Both the position numbers and the translations under genes were made by a program. From Octopus vulgaris (taxonomy: Eukaryota): DNA of 64,000 nucleotides. The notes below the pieces were generated by a model. That model was given only the letters and a program-made list of their open reading frames with translations, was not told where the DNA came from and searched no databases. Shown piece by piece: positions 38,720-53,949 of this stretch (positions are counted from its first letter, which is position 1; every line of letters starts with the position of its first letter). Where the stretch lies: positions 25,978,001 to 26,042,000 of the forward strand of contig OX597836.1 of the NCBI GenBank assembly GCA_951406725.2. The letters are read 5' to 3'.

Positions 38720-39200
38720 TTCAGGAAGCAGTTGATTCCTTCATGGTTCCTGAGTCTTGTGTCTGATCCCCGTGTATCACTAACAGGCGTACAAATGCTG
38801 CCGTGTATCGTGTCTGGATATTTCCTATTCCTTCTCAAGCGTAAATATTCTTAAGCGCTTTCATCAGATATGGTTAAGGCATATTCTAAATGCCATCTGA
38901 TCCTTGCGGATAATAAACACATCCATTTTAAATGAAGCCGAAGTTGTGAGCATCGAGGTAATGCTTGTGTTTGGCCGGTAACCAGATAGAACACAATAAA
39001 TGCATCATTTCCGCTTCCAAAAATGGCAATAATGTACAAATTATCAGCATAAACCATCAAAAGCCCATTACTGCGTTCAGAGGCGAGGTGAAGAGCTAAG
39101 GACTTCCATTGACCTGGCTTTTGTATTGAAAACATTATCGCTATAAGCCAATGCCCCTACAATACCATATTGATTAGAACAACTGGTGTGACACAGCTAT
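38720..39200 (-). pseudogene. Decayed Penelope-like reverse transcriptase remnant
   Basis: QKPG-(M)GS-LALHLA (cf. Q..G..MGSPLSP.LA, frameshifted), then LMVYADNLYII (cf. RYVDD) and MDVFI (cf. FLDV.I) in the expected order. Confidence 0.5.
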
Positions 39201-39952
39201 TTATATAATAACATCAAAAAATTACCCCTGAGGATAGATATAAGCACGATCGAGAAAATAGAAATATCTGGATCTATGCATATACTTGGATCATTCTGAC
39301 GAAGTCTTTGTATTTATGTTAACGTTGATTGTATTTATGTTAACGTATTATTGAACGTTGATTGTCTCTGTTAACCTTGAATACTCCCATGTAATATTTA
39401 CCGAACAATGCAGTATTCCAATCAATTAACTCAAATGTGAGCAGCTTTAGAATAGATTTACAAGCATTTCAAAGAAGAAAAGAATTTCAATAGAATATTA
39501 AACCTGATGTAAGCTTAGCAAACGTGCATAATAGAGTGGAAGAAATTGTGTTCCAGTGCATAAAATCGCAAAGAGAACAGAAAAAGCAATACTTTCACAA
39601 AAGAATGAAACCCGGTTTAAATTAAAGAATGGAATTGGTAATGCAGTGCATATATGTTGCGGTGATTGTGAGATCCAACGGAGAGGAACATTGCAAGCAT
39701 GGCTCAGTGATCAGGATGGTAAAGGAATGCGCCCAAGTTTAGATTCCTTGGGTGGTATATTGGACAAATTCTTCAATAATACTTCCGCATTTACCAATAC
39801 GTAGGAATGGAATTTGGGAGATCAAAACTGTTCGAAACCCCCACTCATATATGTAGGAATGTGCATGTATGCATGTATTTCTATGGATAATCTATATACA
39901 TGAGTATGTATGTATGTATGTATGTATGTATGTATGTATGTATGTATGTATG

Positions 39953-40280
39953 TATGACTGAGTGGTTAGAGCGTCAGGCTCACAATCATGAGGTAGTGAG
40001 TTCGACTCCCGGATCTGGCCGTGTATTGTGTATTTGATCAAGACACTTAATTTCACGTTGCTCCAGTTCACTCAGCTGTAGAAATGAATTGCGTTGTCAC
40101 TGGTGCCAAGCTGTATCGGCCTTTGCCTTTCCCTTGGATAACACTGGTGGCATGGAGAGGGGAGATTGGTGTGCATGGGTGACTGCTGGTCTTCCATAAA
40201 ACAACCTTGCCCGCACTTGTGCCTCGAAGGGGAACTTTGTAAGTGAAATCCCATGGTTATTTATAACCAAAGGAGGGCTT
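39953..40280 (+). mobile_element. SINE C
   Basis: Homology to 6592-6922. Confidence 0.9.
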
Positions 40281-40451
40281 TATATTCATATGTATGTCTG
40301 TCTGTATGTATGTATGTATGTATGTATGTATGTATGTATGTATGTATGTATGTATGTATGTATGTACGTAACTATGTATGAGTTATAGCATCTTGCTTTT
40401 CGTTGTTATGTCAACGGTCTTTTCGTTATAGTGGTGCTCAAATAAAAAAAA

Positions 40452-40688
40452 TGTTCCTTCTCGAGCCATGCCAGGCTCATAAGGGCCAGTTTCCCGGTTT
40501 CATTGGCGTAGTAATTCCCCACCTCGACGGGACGCCGGATTACTCATTTTTGCCAGCTGAGTGGACTGGTGCAACATGAAAATGAAGTGTTTTGCTCAAC
40601 AACACAACACATCGCCCGGTCCAGGAATAGAATCCACAACCTTAATATCATGAGTTCAACACCCTAACCACTAAGCCACGCACCACCT
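40452..40688 (-). mobile_element. SINE C-related variant with alternative tail
   Basis: Reverse complement gtggcttagtggttagggtgttg..; CORE-like centre; tail shared with the 22736 copy. Confidence 0.75.
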
Positions 40689-41822
40689 CAGTAGTGTTCA
40701 CCAATAAAACCAAAATATAGCATCGTAAAACTAACATTCATAAAGTGTACTCCAAGTGGCTTAGATGCACAAGTCACAGATATCCAAGAGATTGAAAGTG
40801 TCGGCAGAAGGGCACCCAAGAATCAAAACCTGGATGCAACTCAGCCTCTTAGACTGTATGAAGTTAAGGGCCGAAACATCTTCTCTGAAGACTTTCTGCT
40901 GTTTAGCTCTCTTGAGAGTCCCCTACCACCACCAACACGCACTGTACCAATAAGCCATAGATACCGGGACCATTTATTCCGAGCAACAATAGACTATTGG
41001 TACCAGATCGTTGATCCGACTCGATAATAAGCTACAGGCGCCAGACCATTTATCTGGCACGACGATATGCTATAGCTACCAGGACATTTAACCGATAAAC
41101 TTGTCGCTTTGAGCTAGCTGCATTTGGAGTGGTATGGACTGAAGTTTAGTATATTGATAATATAGCAATTATTAGTTTGAAACAATCTTTTCTTCCTTTT
41201 AAAAACAAATAAACACAAACATAAACGAAAATGAATAATGATTGTTATCAATTAGTTTTTATACTTCCCTGTCGTCACCTTAGATAAGATCTTTAATGGA
41301 TTGACTCTCCACTCCATGCAATCATAACTCCCATTAACGTATGGCTTAAAATAAACAATGAATACTAAAGAACGAAACTCTATTCAGCAGAAACAAATTA
41401 ACACACTCGTAAAATACGGTCCGTGTCATGCATATTAATCCACTTGAAATTCTCGTAAAATGGATCCTACACTGGCATATCGAGCGCAAACTGCTTCGTT
41501 TTCTTTCTTTCCACAAGAGCAGGTTGCTATCGTGCAGAGTATCTTAGAGGGGCGGGATAATTTATGACACTTTCATAAATTTCAATTTTTAATATCTGAA
41601 ATGATTCCAGACTTTATTTAGAATTCTAATGGTGCTTTTGTTTTACAACTTGGAAACACGTACGAATTGAACGCACGCTGGTATCAGCGCGAGATGTGCT
41701 AATATTGGTTGGAATTTGCAATTCTCTTAAACCTATCAACAATAATAAGTAAATATCTCTGCCACCTGATATATATATATATATATATATATCAAAATAA
41801 GCAACAAGGATATCCAGAGGTA

Positions 41823-41910
41823 ATGCAGTACGATCGTTTCATGCAACTCCAATTAATTGAACAATGCAATCATTACATGAATTAAAATGTAGAGCAATCT
41901 TCAACTGCAC
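41823..41910 (-). ncRNA. Hammerhead-like motif with long stem II (U3 variant) in a Penelope-pLTR-like remnant (41792-42080)
   Basis: gtgcag-TTGAAGA-t-tgc..gca-t-GAAA-cgatcg-TA-ctgcat; palindromic stem III. Confidence 0.6.
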
Positions 41911-42087
41911 AAAGGCAGGCATAGAATCTAATTAAATTAGAACAGATGGACACATTAGTATAATTATACCTAAAATCTCCAAGAACTGAAGGAAATAGAT
42001 AAAAAAACATCTCTACTTCAGCATAGAAGTTATCTTTGTGGCTTCTTTTGATTTTAATCACCTTACGTATGGATAATACCGTTCTAA

Positions 42088-42385
42088 ATGGCCCAGTGGT
42101 TAGAGCAGGGGACTCGCGGTCGTAGGATCGCGGTTTCGATTCCCAGACAGGGCGTTGTGAGTGTTTATTGAGCGAAAACACCTAAAGCTCCACGAGGCTC
42201 CGGCAGGGGATGGTGGCAATCCCTGCTGTACTCTTTCGCCACAACTTTCTCTCACTCTTTCTTCTGTTTGGTCTGCTCGCTTAGCCAGCGGGGTGGCGTC
42301 ATTTGAAGGCTAAAACAATGCGAAGTGCATTGTGACCAGCGATGTGTAGTAACATCTGATAACCTGATCGGTCACGGTCACGGTG
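42088..42385 (+). mobile_element. SINE D
   Basis: atggcccagtggttagagc..ggtttcgattccc head. Confidence 0.88.
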
Positions 42386-42406
42386 ATATATGTATATATA
42401 TGTATG

Positions 42407-42539
<133 letters not shown>

Positions 42540-43307
42540 ATAATAGTAACACAAGCCTGTCATATGTTCTGCCCTTTAATGCGGTGCATGTACAAAATTG
42601 GACAAGAATCTCCTCCCAAAACTGTCTTTTGAAATCGTGTGTGGCGTTTGACGAAAACACACGCGCGCATACTCAATTAAAGAGAGAGAGAGTCGAGGGA
42701 GAGAGAGAGTCGAGAGAGAGAGAGAGAGCGAGAATGCATACCTGGAAGTAACATTATTTATTTTAAATGCTATTTATAGCAACATAAGATCATGGAAACA
42801 TTAACAGGGCATTAACAGAGATTAACAGGGCATTAACAGGCTATCTTACCACAAAGAATGATCTCTTTAAATGGGAGAAATAGCAACCACATTTCTCATA
42901 AATTACGCTCAATTTTTTTCAAAGGACGAACTCACGTTACATAATGTAATCTTATATATTCCACTTGAACGGAAGACGGATATTATCGCCAAAATTTAAA
43001 TGTTTTACCTCACATTTTCACGCGTATTAATTCGCTTTTCTATAATTAACTAATTAAATTTTATATATTTATAATACACAATATAGGAATTCTCAATCAC
43101 CATCTCTAGCAATTCCATTCTTGTAAATTAATTATTTTAAATATCCTGTAGTTTTGAACAAATTAATACCAAAATAGATGTAAAACTGCTCGCACATTTC
43201 CTGTCATTCTTTCTTTCAGTAAATCTCTTTACGTAAACCACATTATAAACATTGAATTCCAGCCATAAATCATGACAATTTTCTCTGAGAAGGTTGCGTC
43301 ATTAATT

Positions 43308-43514
43308 CACAGAATCGCTGTTCGCCCAAAATGCTTAGCAGAATTTCCTTCCACTTTTACGTTCTGAGTTCAAATTCCTCCGAGGTTGACTCTGCTTTTC
43401 ATCCTTTCGGAGTCGATACATTAAGTACCAGTTGCGTACTGGAGTCGATGTGTGCGACTGGCCTCTCCCCTAAAATTTCGGGACTTATGCCTAGTGTAGA
43501 AAAGATTAGAAAAG

Positions 43515-43585
<71 letters not shown>

Positions 43586-44257
43586 GGTGTCGAGCTGGCA
43601 GAATCGTTAGCGCACCGGACAAAATGCTTAGCAGTATTTCGCCGGTCGCTGCGTTCTGAGTTCAAATTTCGCCGTGATCAACTTTGCCTTCAATCTTTTA
43701 GGGGTCGATAAATTAAGAACCTGTGAAACACTAGAGTCAATGTAATCGACTTGTTCCCTTCCCCCAAATTTGAGGACTTGTGCCTCCAGTAGAAAGGTTT
43801 ATTATTGTTGTTGTTGTTATTTTTTTTTATTAAGGTGGCGAGCTGGCAGAATCGTTTGCGCACCGGACGGAATGCTTAACGGTATTTCGTTTGCTGCTAC
43901 GTTCTGAGTTCAAATTCCGCCGAGGTCGACTTTACCTTTCATCCTTTCGGGGTCGATTAAATAAGTACCAGTTACGCACTGGGTTCGATATAATCGACTT
44001 AATCCGTTTGTCTGTCCTTGTTTGTCCTCTCTGTGTTTAGCCCCTTGTGGGTAGTAAAGAAATAGGTATTTCGCCCGTCGCTATGTTCTGAGTTCAAATT
44101 CTGCCACGGTTGAATTACCTTTCTTCCTTTCGGGGTCGATAAAATAAAGTACCAATTGAACACTGGGATCGATATAATCGACTCATTCCCTCCACCAAAA
44201 TTGCTGCCCTTGTGGCAAAATTTGAAACCGTTCTCCTTCTTCTTCTTCTTCTTCTTC

Positions 44258-44304
<47 letters not shown>

Positions 44305-44468
44305 TCGTCTGCAGTTAGGTTCTGAGTTCAAATCCCGCCGATGTCGACTTTGCCTTTCATCCTTTAGGGGTCGATAAATTAAGTACCAGTTCACTGGGGT
44401 CGATGTAATCGACTTAATCTGTTTGTCTGTCCCCTCTGTGTTTAGCCCCTTGTGGGTAGTAAAGAAAT
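43308..44468 (+). mobile_element. Cluster of five SINE A units separated by (ATT)n/(TTC)n
   Basis: Units at about 43308-43505, 43585-43800, 43833-44228 (dimer) and 44301-44468. Confidence 0.9.
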
Positions 44469-44478
44469 AATAATAATA

Positions 44479-44577
<99 letters not shown>

Positions 44578-45070
44578 GTCTTGAATTTAAAATTTGATAG
44601 TAGTATTGATTTCCTCCATTTTATTCATCACATCTAAACGTATATTTCCTTTTTATATCAATCTATATAAACTAGAAATAAACTACATACATACATACAT
44701 ACATACATACATACATACATACATACATACATACATACATACATACATACATACATACATACATCTTGATTTCAGTGTTATCTCCCTCTACGTTATCCAT
44801 CACCTCTATAAATTATTACTTTACAGGTCGCGACGAATCGAAAATAAAGTTCTCGCTTTATCTTAATTTCAATTTGGAGATTTTACAAAGTTGTGAAAGC
44901 AAAATACGAAGAAATTCAAACTTTCTAATGATTATTTATCACGCAATTTCTGATGTGAGCATATTTACTGCGAGATTCTTTCGAATTCATTTCTCTTCCG
45001 TCGCCATCTTAAAAGCCATATGTCTTTATTACTTGGCGCTTTTTCTTTTTTTTTTCTTTTTGTGTGTACC

Positions 45071-45491
45071 TCTTTACTCTTTACTCTTTTACTTGTTTCA
45101 GTCATTTGACTGCGGCCATGCTGGAGCACCACCTTAAATCGAGCAAATCGACCCCGGGACTTATTCTTTTGTAAGCCCAGTACTTATTCTATCGGTCTCT
45201 TTTGCCGAACCGCTAAGAAACGGGGACATAAACACACCAGCATCGGTTGTCAAGCAATGCTAGGGAGACAATCACAGACACACAAACATACACGCACACA
45301 CACATATATATATATATACATATATACGACGGGCTTCTTTCAGTTTCTGTCTACCAAATCCACTCACAAGGCTTTGGTCGGCCCGAGGCTATAGCAGAAG
45401 ACACTTGCCCAAGGTGCCACGCAGTGGGACTGAACCCGGAACCATGTGGTTGGTAAACAAGCTACTTACCACACAGCCACTCCTGCGCCTA
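45071..45491 (-). mobile_element. SINE B, full length, little decayed
   Basis: Complete head (taggcgcaggagtggctgtgtggtaag) to (gtaaaaga)n tail. Confidence 0.93.
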
Positions 45492-45579
45492 TTCTACCTT
45501 TAGCTAATTGACCAAAACCTGGTCGCTGCAAATGAAATATTATTAAAAACCTTATCAAGCATTTGAGAAGGCCCGTCTA

Positions 45580-46215
45580 TTCCGTTTCCTTTTCTTATAC
45601 TTCCGTTTCTTCTTCTTTCTCCTTCTCTTCTTCTTATCCTTCTTTTTCTTCTTCTTTACCTTCTTCCTCGTCATTATCTTCTTTTTCCTCATCATCATTA
45701 CAATCTTCTTTCTTCTTCTTCTTTCTTTCTTTTCTTCTTCTTTTCTTTTCTTTTTCTTCTTTTTTCTTATTTCTTTTTTCTTCTTCTTCATCGGCGTCAT
45801 CGTCGTCATCGACGTTGTGTTCATCATCTACTTCACTTTCCTCTTCGTGTCCTTCTTCCTCTTCATTTTCTTCATTTTCTTCATCATCTACTTCTTCTTT
45901 TCTTCTTCCTTCTCTTACCCTTATCATCATAAGCATCATCATCATTATCATCAGCGTCTTCATTTTCTCCTTTATTTTCTTCATCTCCATCTTCTCCTTC
46001 TTTTTCTTCTTTACCTTCTTCATCATCGCTACCATCTTTTTCCTCTTCTCCTTCTTCTTCGTCGTCGTCGTTGTTCACTATTATCATCTACTTCACTTTC
46101 CTTTTCATCTCCTTCATCTTCATATTCTTCATGTTCTTCATCATCTACTTCTTCCTTCTTTTCCTTCTGCCTCATTTTTCTCCGCTCCTTTCCATCTTCT
46201 CTTTTTCTCTCCAAC
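45580..46215. repeat. Pyrimidine-rich TTC/TCA/TCC low-complexity tract
   Basis: Direct reading. Confidence 0.9.
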
Positions 46216-46379
46216 TCCACAGCAACATCTAGAGATTGATACCTGATAAATGACAAAAATATGATACCTTCTGCAAAGTATAACTCGGATAACTAGCCCC
46301 ACAGTATCTCATTAGTTCGAACACATTTATCGTAACATTGATGCATACACCCATACGACACCGCTGACAATGATTTCGA

Positions 46380-46870
46380 GGCAAGCTAAGACTGGATATG
46401 AACTGAAGGGTCACTAACAAAAATGTTAAGCACTTGTTATTTACGGATGACTTCAAGCTTTGCAGTAAGGATGAATTCCAGATCAGTTCCCTCGTTGATA
46501 CGGTGAATACAATTAGTGCTGACGTCAGAATGAAGGTTGGATTGAAAAGCGTAGTTTTGAACAGAAGCAAAATTGAACATATGGATGGAGTGTGTTACCA
46601 TCGGGGAGGTTAGAAGAGGCAGGTTATAAGTACTTGGTGATAATTGACAGAGTAATAGAGGAGGAAATGGTGGGAAGTTTTAAAATAGAATGAATACATA
46701 CGCAGACTGAGACTTGTCTCCAAGTCGACATTGAAAAGACGGAGTAAGATTGAAGCTATTAACTTCAACATGGGTGGTCATCACTCCTAAGTTATGGAGC
46801 AGGAGTAATTGCGTGGACAATAGAGGAGCTGAACAGCTTATCCCAGACCGGAACACTAGAAACTTATTAA
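46380..46870 (+). mobile_element. Decayed R4/Dong-like LINE RT fragment
   Basis: NVKHLLFTDDFKLCSKDEFQISSLVDTVNTISADVRMKVGLK (cf. INHLLFMDDLKL) and GYKYL. Confidence 0.85.
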
Positions 46871-46886
46871 GTATCTATAAACCGAC

Positions 46887-46919
<33 letters not shown>

Positions 46920-46984
46920 CGCGTGTGTGTGTGTGTGTGAGTGTGGTGTGTATACATATATGTATATATTGTATATATATGTAT

Positions 46985-47162
<178 letters not shown>

Positions 47163-47497
47163 GAGACTCCCTTTGGTCACGACACTGACTATAGGATTGC
47201 ACCTAGAAAGTTACCCTCCCAGGCACAAGTCTGGGCAAGGTTGTTTATGGAAGGCCAGCAGTTGCCCATGCATACCAGCCTCCCTTCTCCACGCCAACAG
47301 CTTTATCCAAGGGAAAAGCAAGGGCCGATACAACTTGGCACCTGTGACGTCGCAACTCATTTCCACAGCTGAGTGAATTGGAACAACGTGAAATAAAGTG
47401 TCTTGTTGAAGAACACAACACGCAACCCGGTCCGGGATTCGAGCTCACAACCTAACGATCGTAGGCTCGACGCTCTAACCACTGAGCCATGCGCCTT
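47163..47497 (-). mobile_element. SINE C
   Basis: Reverse complement of 6592-6922. Confidence 0.92.
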
Positions 47498-47502
47498 CAC
47501 AT

Positions 47503-47614
<112 letters not shown>

Positions 47615-47704
47615 ATAATCAGTATTCAATTAATAGATGAAAACAAAAGAAAATGGAGGTTTGAAAGTTAATAATTATTTATTAATTGAATGATACTTCA
47701 TACT

Positions 47705-47797
47705 TCCTACAGATGTTTCATTCGTGCTCATGAAATGAAATACAATTTTATGCTTTAAATTTGCATTTATAAGATACGAACACAATATCATCAGGGT
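47705..47797 (-). ncRNA. Hammerhead motif with intact core and long stem II in a Penelope-pLTR-like remnant (47617-47900)
   Basis: ccc-CTGATGA-t-attgtgttcg..tgagcacgaat-GAAA-catctg-TA-gga. Confidence 0.62.
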
Positions 47798-47912
47798 AAA
47801 AGATATACGATAAAAATTACATGTTGACCTCTTATGGGGTTATTTAGGTGTAGAACCAGTGGTTTCTTGCAATCATCCAATAAAGAGTTTAATATATCCT
47901 CTAATTGGATGG

Positions 47913-48215
47913 AAGCACTCCGTCGGTTACGACGATGAGGGTTCCGGTTGATCCGACCAACGGAACAGCCTGCTCGTAAAATTAACGTGTAAGTGGCTGA
48001 GCACTCCACAGACACGTGTACCCTTAACGTAGTTCTCGGGGATATTCAGCGTGACACAGAGAGTGACAAGGCCGGCCCTTTGAAATACAGGTACAACAGA
48101 AACAGGAAGTAAGAGTGAGAGAAAGTTGTGGTGAAAGAGTACAGCAGGGTTCACCACCAACCCCTGCCGGAGCCTCGTGGAGCTTTAGGTGTTTTCGCTC
48201 AATAAACACTCGCAA
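47913..48215 (-). mobile_element. SINE D lacking its head
   Basis: Homology to 18055-18410. Confidence 0.88.
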
Positions 48216-49208
48216 TCCTCTAATTAACTTATATATATATATATATATATATATTCCATTCTTAAAGTGCCCGAAGGACATGCAGTAATACCAGTAAACA
48301 CTTGCCCAGTTTCTGCTCAGTGGTCTCTAAACATGAACCACGTGTTTGTGAACCGAACTCGTTACCCATAGAGCCACCTTTCCAATATATTTTAACGCAT
48401 TAGATCGAATATTACCCCAAGCTTAATATATCTATTTACCAATTTCATAGTTTATTTGAGGCCAGTTTCATATTGTAGTGTCTCTTTTAATTTTGTCCTT
48501 ATATGTTTTTTCCTTCGTCTGTTCAATTGCTTCCATTATCTAATGGATATTTACTAAGGCAAGTTACATTAGTTTTCTAATTGAAACTGTTTTCTTCTTC
48601 TTCTTCTTCTTCTTCTTCTTCTTCTTCTTCTTCTTCTTCTTCTTCTTCATTGAAACTATGCTAAATCCAATCTATAAATTTCCACATTTAAGGTAATAGG
48701 TTGTCATTAACATTACTGCTTGCATTCAATCTACTTTCATTTGCTCCAAATTTAACTGTAATAATATCTAAGTAAAAACTATAATATTGAAGTCTATTGA
48801 ATTACTTTCTTCTCTGTTGTCTTTGAGTACTCAGACATTTTAATTCTTTCTCTCTTAGTCACAGGTCTCTAATATGTTTTATTGTACAGTTTAGCAAGTA
48901 GTTGGTCGTGTCGGCTGCTTTATTTCTCATTTTTCTAACGTTGAGTTCATACCACCCGCAGGCGTGTCGTCGTTTTGTTAATAACCGGTTCCTTGTTAGC
49001 ATTTCCTTTTTTTCCTTTGGTTTTATTCTAAATTTATCCAGCGCTTTGATATACCAAATTATCTAATATAAACATACACACACACTCACATGTGTAAAAT
49101 CTATCTATTAATCAATTTAATATATCGAGCTGTTTGATATATCAATCAATCTAATATGTTCATGGTGGGTGTCCCCGTCCGTTTGCATCTATATATGATG
49201 TGTGTGTT

Positions 49209-49566
<358 letters not shown>

Positions 49567-50291
49567 CATATACATATATATATATATACACGTTCCGAGT
49601 TCAAATTCCGCCGAGGTCGACTTTGCCTTTCATCCGTTCGGGGACAAAATTCTTAGCGTCATTTCGTTTGTCTTTATGTTCTGAGGAGGCGGATAGGAGG
49701 AGGAGAAGGAAGAGGTCGAGGAGGTCGAGGAGGAGGAGGAATGAATTTCGTTCCCTCCAAGCAATCCTTCTTGACAGGTGAGGTTGCTACGACTGAAGTT
49801 CAGCTTCAACATATCCAGTGCAGGTCATTGTTTATGGGAACACGTAGACAGGAATAGCTGCCGATAACCTTGACAAAAGAGAGGACATCCGTTGCATGTA
49901 AGAAGGAACGAGGTTGTGGCCTTAAACATAGCCGTGTCAGAGCGGTTTGCTTTTATGTAAATGATTTTAGATTTTGTTCTACGTTGTTTGTTGCATAACA
50001 CGTCCCTTTATTACGAACGAAATCAACACTTTAGTTTGCATTTTTGTTACAAAACAGATACATCAATACTTCGATCTATTCCTCAAAGCTTCCAGCTGCT
50101 TTATTAATGTAGATTGTATTTTAAGACAATACAACATTAGTCGGTATCGATTAGAGTGATAAGCAGGTTTATCGAACTGAAATACACAGACCATAACACT
50201 ACAAAGGAGACAGACAAAATTAAACACAGATGTCAGGATTTATTCTGTTGTTGGTTGTTGTTGTTGCTATTGTTGTTGTTGTTGTTGTTGC

Positions 50292-50359
<68 letters not shown>

Positions 50360-51199
50360 CCAACATCATCATCATTATTATATAATTTTATTAATGTCCA
50401 GTTAACAATTTGGTGTTGGTCGAATGCTCTGTCTTCGAATCTAGTTTTAACGATTCATCGTTAACTGGTCAAGAATTAAAATCTACAAAATGTCTCTCGG
50501 TCAGTGAGTTTGTTTGTTTTTTCTCTTTCTTTTCTTTTTCTTTCGTTTTGTTTGAGCTGTCGATTCCTATCCGGCAAAATCCGCGGCACACTTTGTTCAT
50601 TAAAGTATGACACAGGAGATGGGGCTCAACAGATTAAATGCTAAATGGTGTTTAGTTACGTCCCTTCATTTTCTGTGTCTGAATCACCGTCGAGTTCAGC
50701 TTTGCTTTTATCGCTCCGGGAAAGACAAAGGTAAATAACAGATAAGTACTTTAGCCGAGCGATCGACCAGAACCTTCTCTACAATGTTTAACCCTTGTGC
50801 CTGTATTATCAATTATTGTCATTATAATATTCATTATTTCAGATATACAGCAAGGAATTCCTGTTTTGAAACAAGAAGGTACAGGCATAGAAGTGCCCAA
50901 AGGTAAACAAGTTTGTTCAAGGTTACACAAGAAAAAGGGCAAGACTTTCTAGTGCCAACAGCTTTATCCCAATTGGACCCCTTCCCCCGAGTACCACCTC
51001 TGTAGGAGCACAATCAACCATCTTTGCATACAGACAAGTTCGAAGCATAACACTGCAGACAGAAGACAGCCAGAAATGCTGCTGGAGACAAATGGACGGG
51101 TTTAGCGGAGAATGTGATATGAAATTCTGATTAGTGAGAAACGTTCAAGACTGCTTTGAAAGAGAAAAATTAATTAAGAACATGTTAGATAAAGGAAAG

Positions 51200-52080
51200 A
51201 TAAAGATAAAAGATTGAGATCAAATACAAACTTTGAAATAATTAGTAATCAATGAACTAAACAATGTACGACACACACAAATTGAAGAGAAATTCAGGAA
51301 GTAATATTGGAAAGACATTATAGTAATACTTAAAGTAGAGCTAAAAGTGACATCGATTACATAGCTGTACATATAATTAACTGCCAAGACTGGGCAGGAA
51401 AGCAAGAGAAACAATGCCTATAATTAGGACATAGTAACCAAAGTCTTGCACAGAAAGATTATATGTACCACAAATACAGAGTTGGGAATGAATGCGACTA
51501 GAAGTTTAATATAAAATATCAGTGTAGGACCATAAAACTAATTAGTAAAATACAACGAAAAATTAACAAATATCCAAAAGCTTGCACAAAAGACTGTTTT
51601 TTGTCTTCAAAGAAGCTAAGGAATACATGAGAGAGGCTGAAGTTGCAGAATTCTTTGAGAAGAAAGACTGAAGAAACTACACCAGACATTTAAACTAAAA
51701 GTGGTGGTGCCTACAGAATGCCATACTGTAAGCGATGGCATAAAAAAAAGGAAACCTACATGACCAATACCCGATGTAAGTAAATAGCCAATACTTGATA
51801 TAAATGAAAAGATAATGAAAAATTGAGGCATCTATTGAGAAATGTAGCCCTCAATTGTGAAATAGGGGAAACTGAAAAGAATTTTTATTGGAACGATTGA
51901 TCAAAGTTTTCACACTAGAAACTACGCAACGTATGTTAAGAAGGAACAATATTAAGTAACGGCACAGTATGAAGAGATTAGGAACAGACTTCTAACCACG
52001 CTGTCTCTGTAGTTCTAATGTTAGCCAAGAGACAAAACAGTAAAAGGCTTGATGGAGCTGCGTAATGCATTAAATCATTA
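51200..52080 (+). mobile_element. Highly decayed R4/Dong-like LINE (post-RT region)
   Basis: Remnants DQSFHTRNY (cf. QDQ.L.TRNY) and ..MLAKRQNSKRLD (cf. LA...Y..RHD); A-rich strand. Confidence 0.6.
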
Positions 52081-53949
52081 TTGATGTTGTCTAATATTAG
52101 TAATGAATTATGGATATTCAAACAATTCGCAAATTAACAGAGACAAATGGAAACGAAGTCAAGTCAACATCATGACGTAAAAACAATAAAACAAAAATGT
52201 AAACATTGTCCGGGTAAAGGTTTAAAATGGAATGCATAATTTGAATTTGATTTTAAAAAAGTACGAAAATAAGGATAGAAAATTTCACATCAACGCAAGG
52301 AAATCAATTGTTATCCGATAAAAAAAAGGCAGATAATCTAAAGGAAAAATGAGACTTTATAACATATGTACTACATAAATGAACGATAGAATTCGTTTTT
52401 ATCCTACATGTATATATTACAGTTATTTTGTACCACCAAATCTAGACTACAACTGCATGCACGCATAATACATCTGGAGAGAAAGTAACCTTGATGTAAA
52501 AGTAAATTTAGATACATTCTCAAATGAAAGAAATGTCAGGTATAGATATAAAAATGGAACATTCGGAAGAAAGAATGCACAGCGAAAGTACGAACACTGA
52601 GTTTAAAACAAACAATACAAAATAATGAGAATATAAATCTTGACGCCATAATTGCTGAAAACGTAACCAAGAAAGTTCGAACTAATATATAAGAAAAACA
52701 AATCAGCAAAATTAATTGCTGGTAGGAACACAGTATTTCGTTTTGGTCTCATGATATACTATCAAGTATATTAAAGGTTTATGAGTGAATACTGTGACCT
52801 AATTTTGTGTTGGCAGTGAATTGTTTTCATTTTTAACTTTTATCTTCACAGATTTTCCATAGAAAATCTGAAGAGATGAATTCAAAAGTGGAAACAATAA
52901 AAGAGAAAAAAAATCAAACTGCAGCATAGTTAGAGGATGCTGATTGACAAAAGTGAAACCACAAATAACGAAAATATGAAGGGAAATAAAAGAAAAAGTT
53001 GGGGTTACGAATAGAACAACTTAGAGAAGAAAATTTCCAATGCATTAATCTAAATATATAACGATCTTAGGCAGACGACACTTTAGCTTCGCCGTTGTTA
53101 TGCGTATTATTTCAGCCAATCAGCAAAGTAGTCGAAATCCAGTTGTATGTGAGGTATGCTTTTGGTTATTTAAAAGAACATGCGATTTTCCGGGACAATG
53201 TAGACTTTAATAATAACATTCTTTGAGTAAAAGTTACATACTCCAAACAAATTAATAAACAGCTTTCTTATTCTTAATGACAGTCATGGCTAAGCTGTCA
53301 TATTTTGCTCTTCCTCTTGACTTCTTTGTCTCTCTTTTCGCTCTCCTTCTCTCTCTCTCTCCTTCCATCTCTCCTTCTCTCTCCTTCTCTCTTCTGTCTT
53401 TGACCCCACTCTCTTTTTCTCTCTCTCTCTCGTTCCCCTGTTTAGCGAGGAGTTAGTCTTAATGCTCACTGAATACTTTCTACCATTTTAAAGACTTACG
53501 CCATCCATTTTTCTCTTTACTACTGGCTATTATCTGATCGCACTCATTTGCCTCTAAAGCACTAACTATTTCCATTGACAGGAATACACTTTCTATACAC
53601 ATTATCCGATTGATTTCGTAAATCCCATTTTCTATAACACTTTTTTGTGTGACACGAAATAGCTAAATGACTTGTGTGTGCATTCTTACAAACCTATTTA
53701 TTTAAACTCTGTATTGATTAACTTTATTAATTGATATTTATTATATTCTATGTTTAACTTCTTTCCTATCTCAAACCTGTCCTCGCAAGCCACGAATTGT
53801 GTAATTTTTATCGCATTATTTTACAGAGAACAAACAAAAACGGTCTGTTTTCTGTTACGACGTAGGAAATAAACGAAAAGAAAAAAATCAAATATCTTTT
53901 TTATGTTCTAGAAGCAATTTTTTAAATCTCAGCAGATGGAAATATCTAA

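Noticed and set aside
38820-38872. Minus-strand CTGATGA-aagcg..cgctt-GAGA as a hammerhead
   Set aside because: GAGA replaces GAAA, there is no stem III, and it lies inside an RT remnant
42799-42841. Four copies of attaacag at 10-11 bp spacing
   Set aside because: Short slippage repeat with no further evidence of function
45563-46246. 227-aa Ser/Phe-rich and antisense Glu/Lys-rich ORFs
   Set aside because: Pyrimidine-rich repeat artefact
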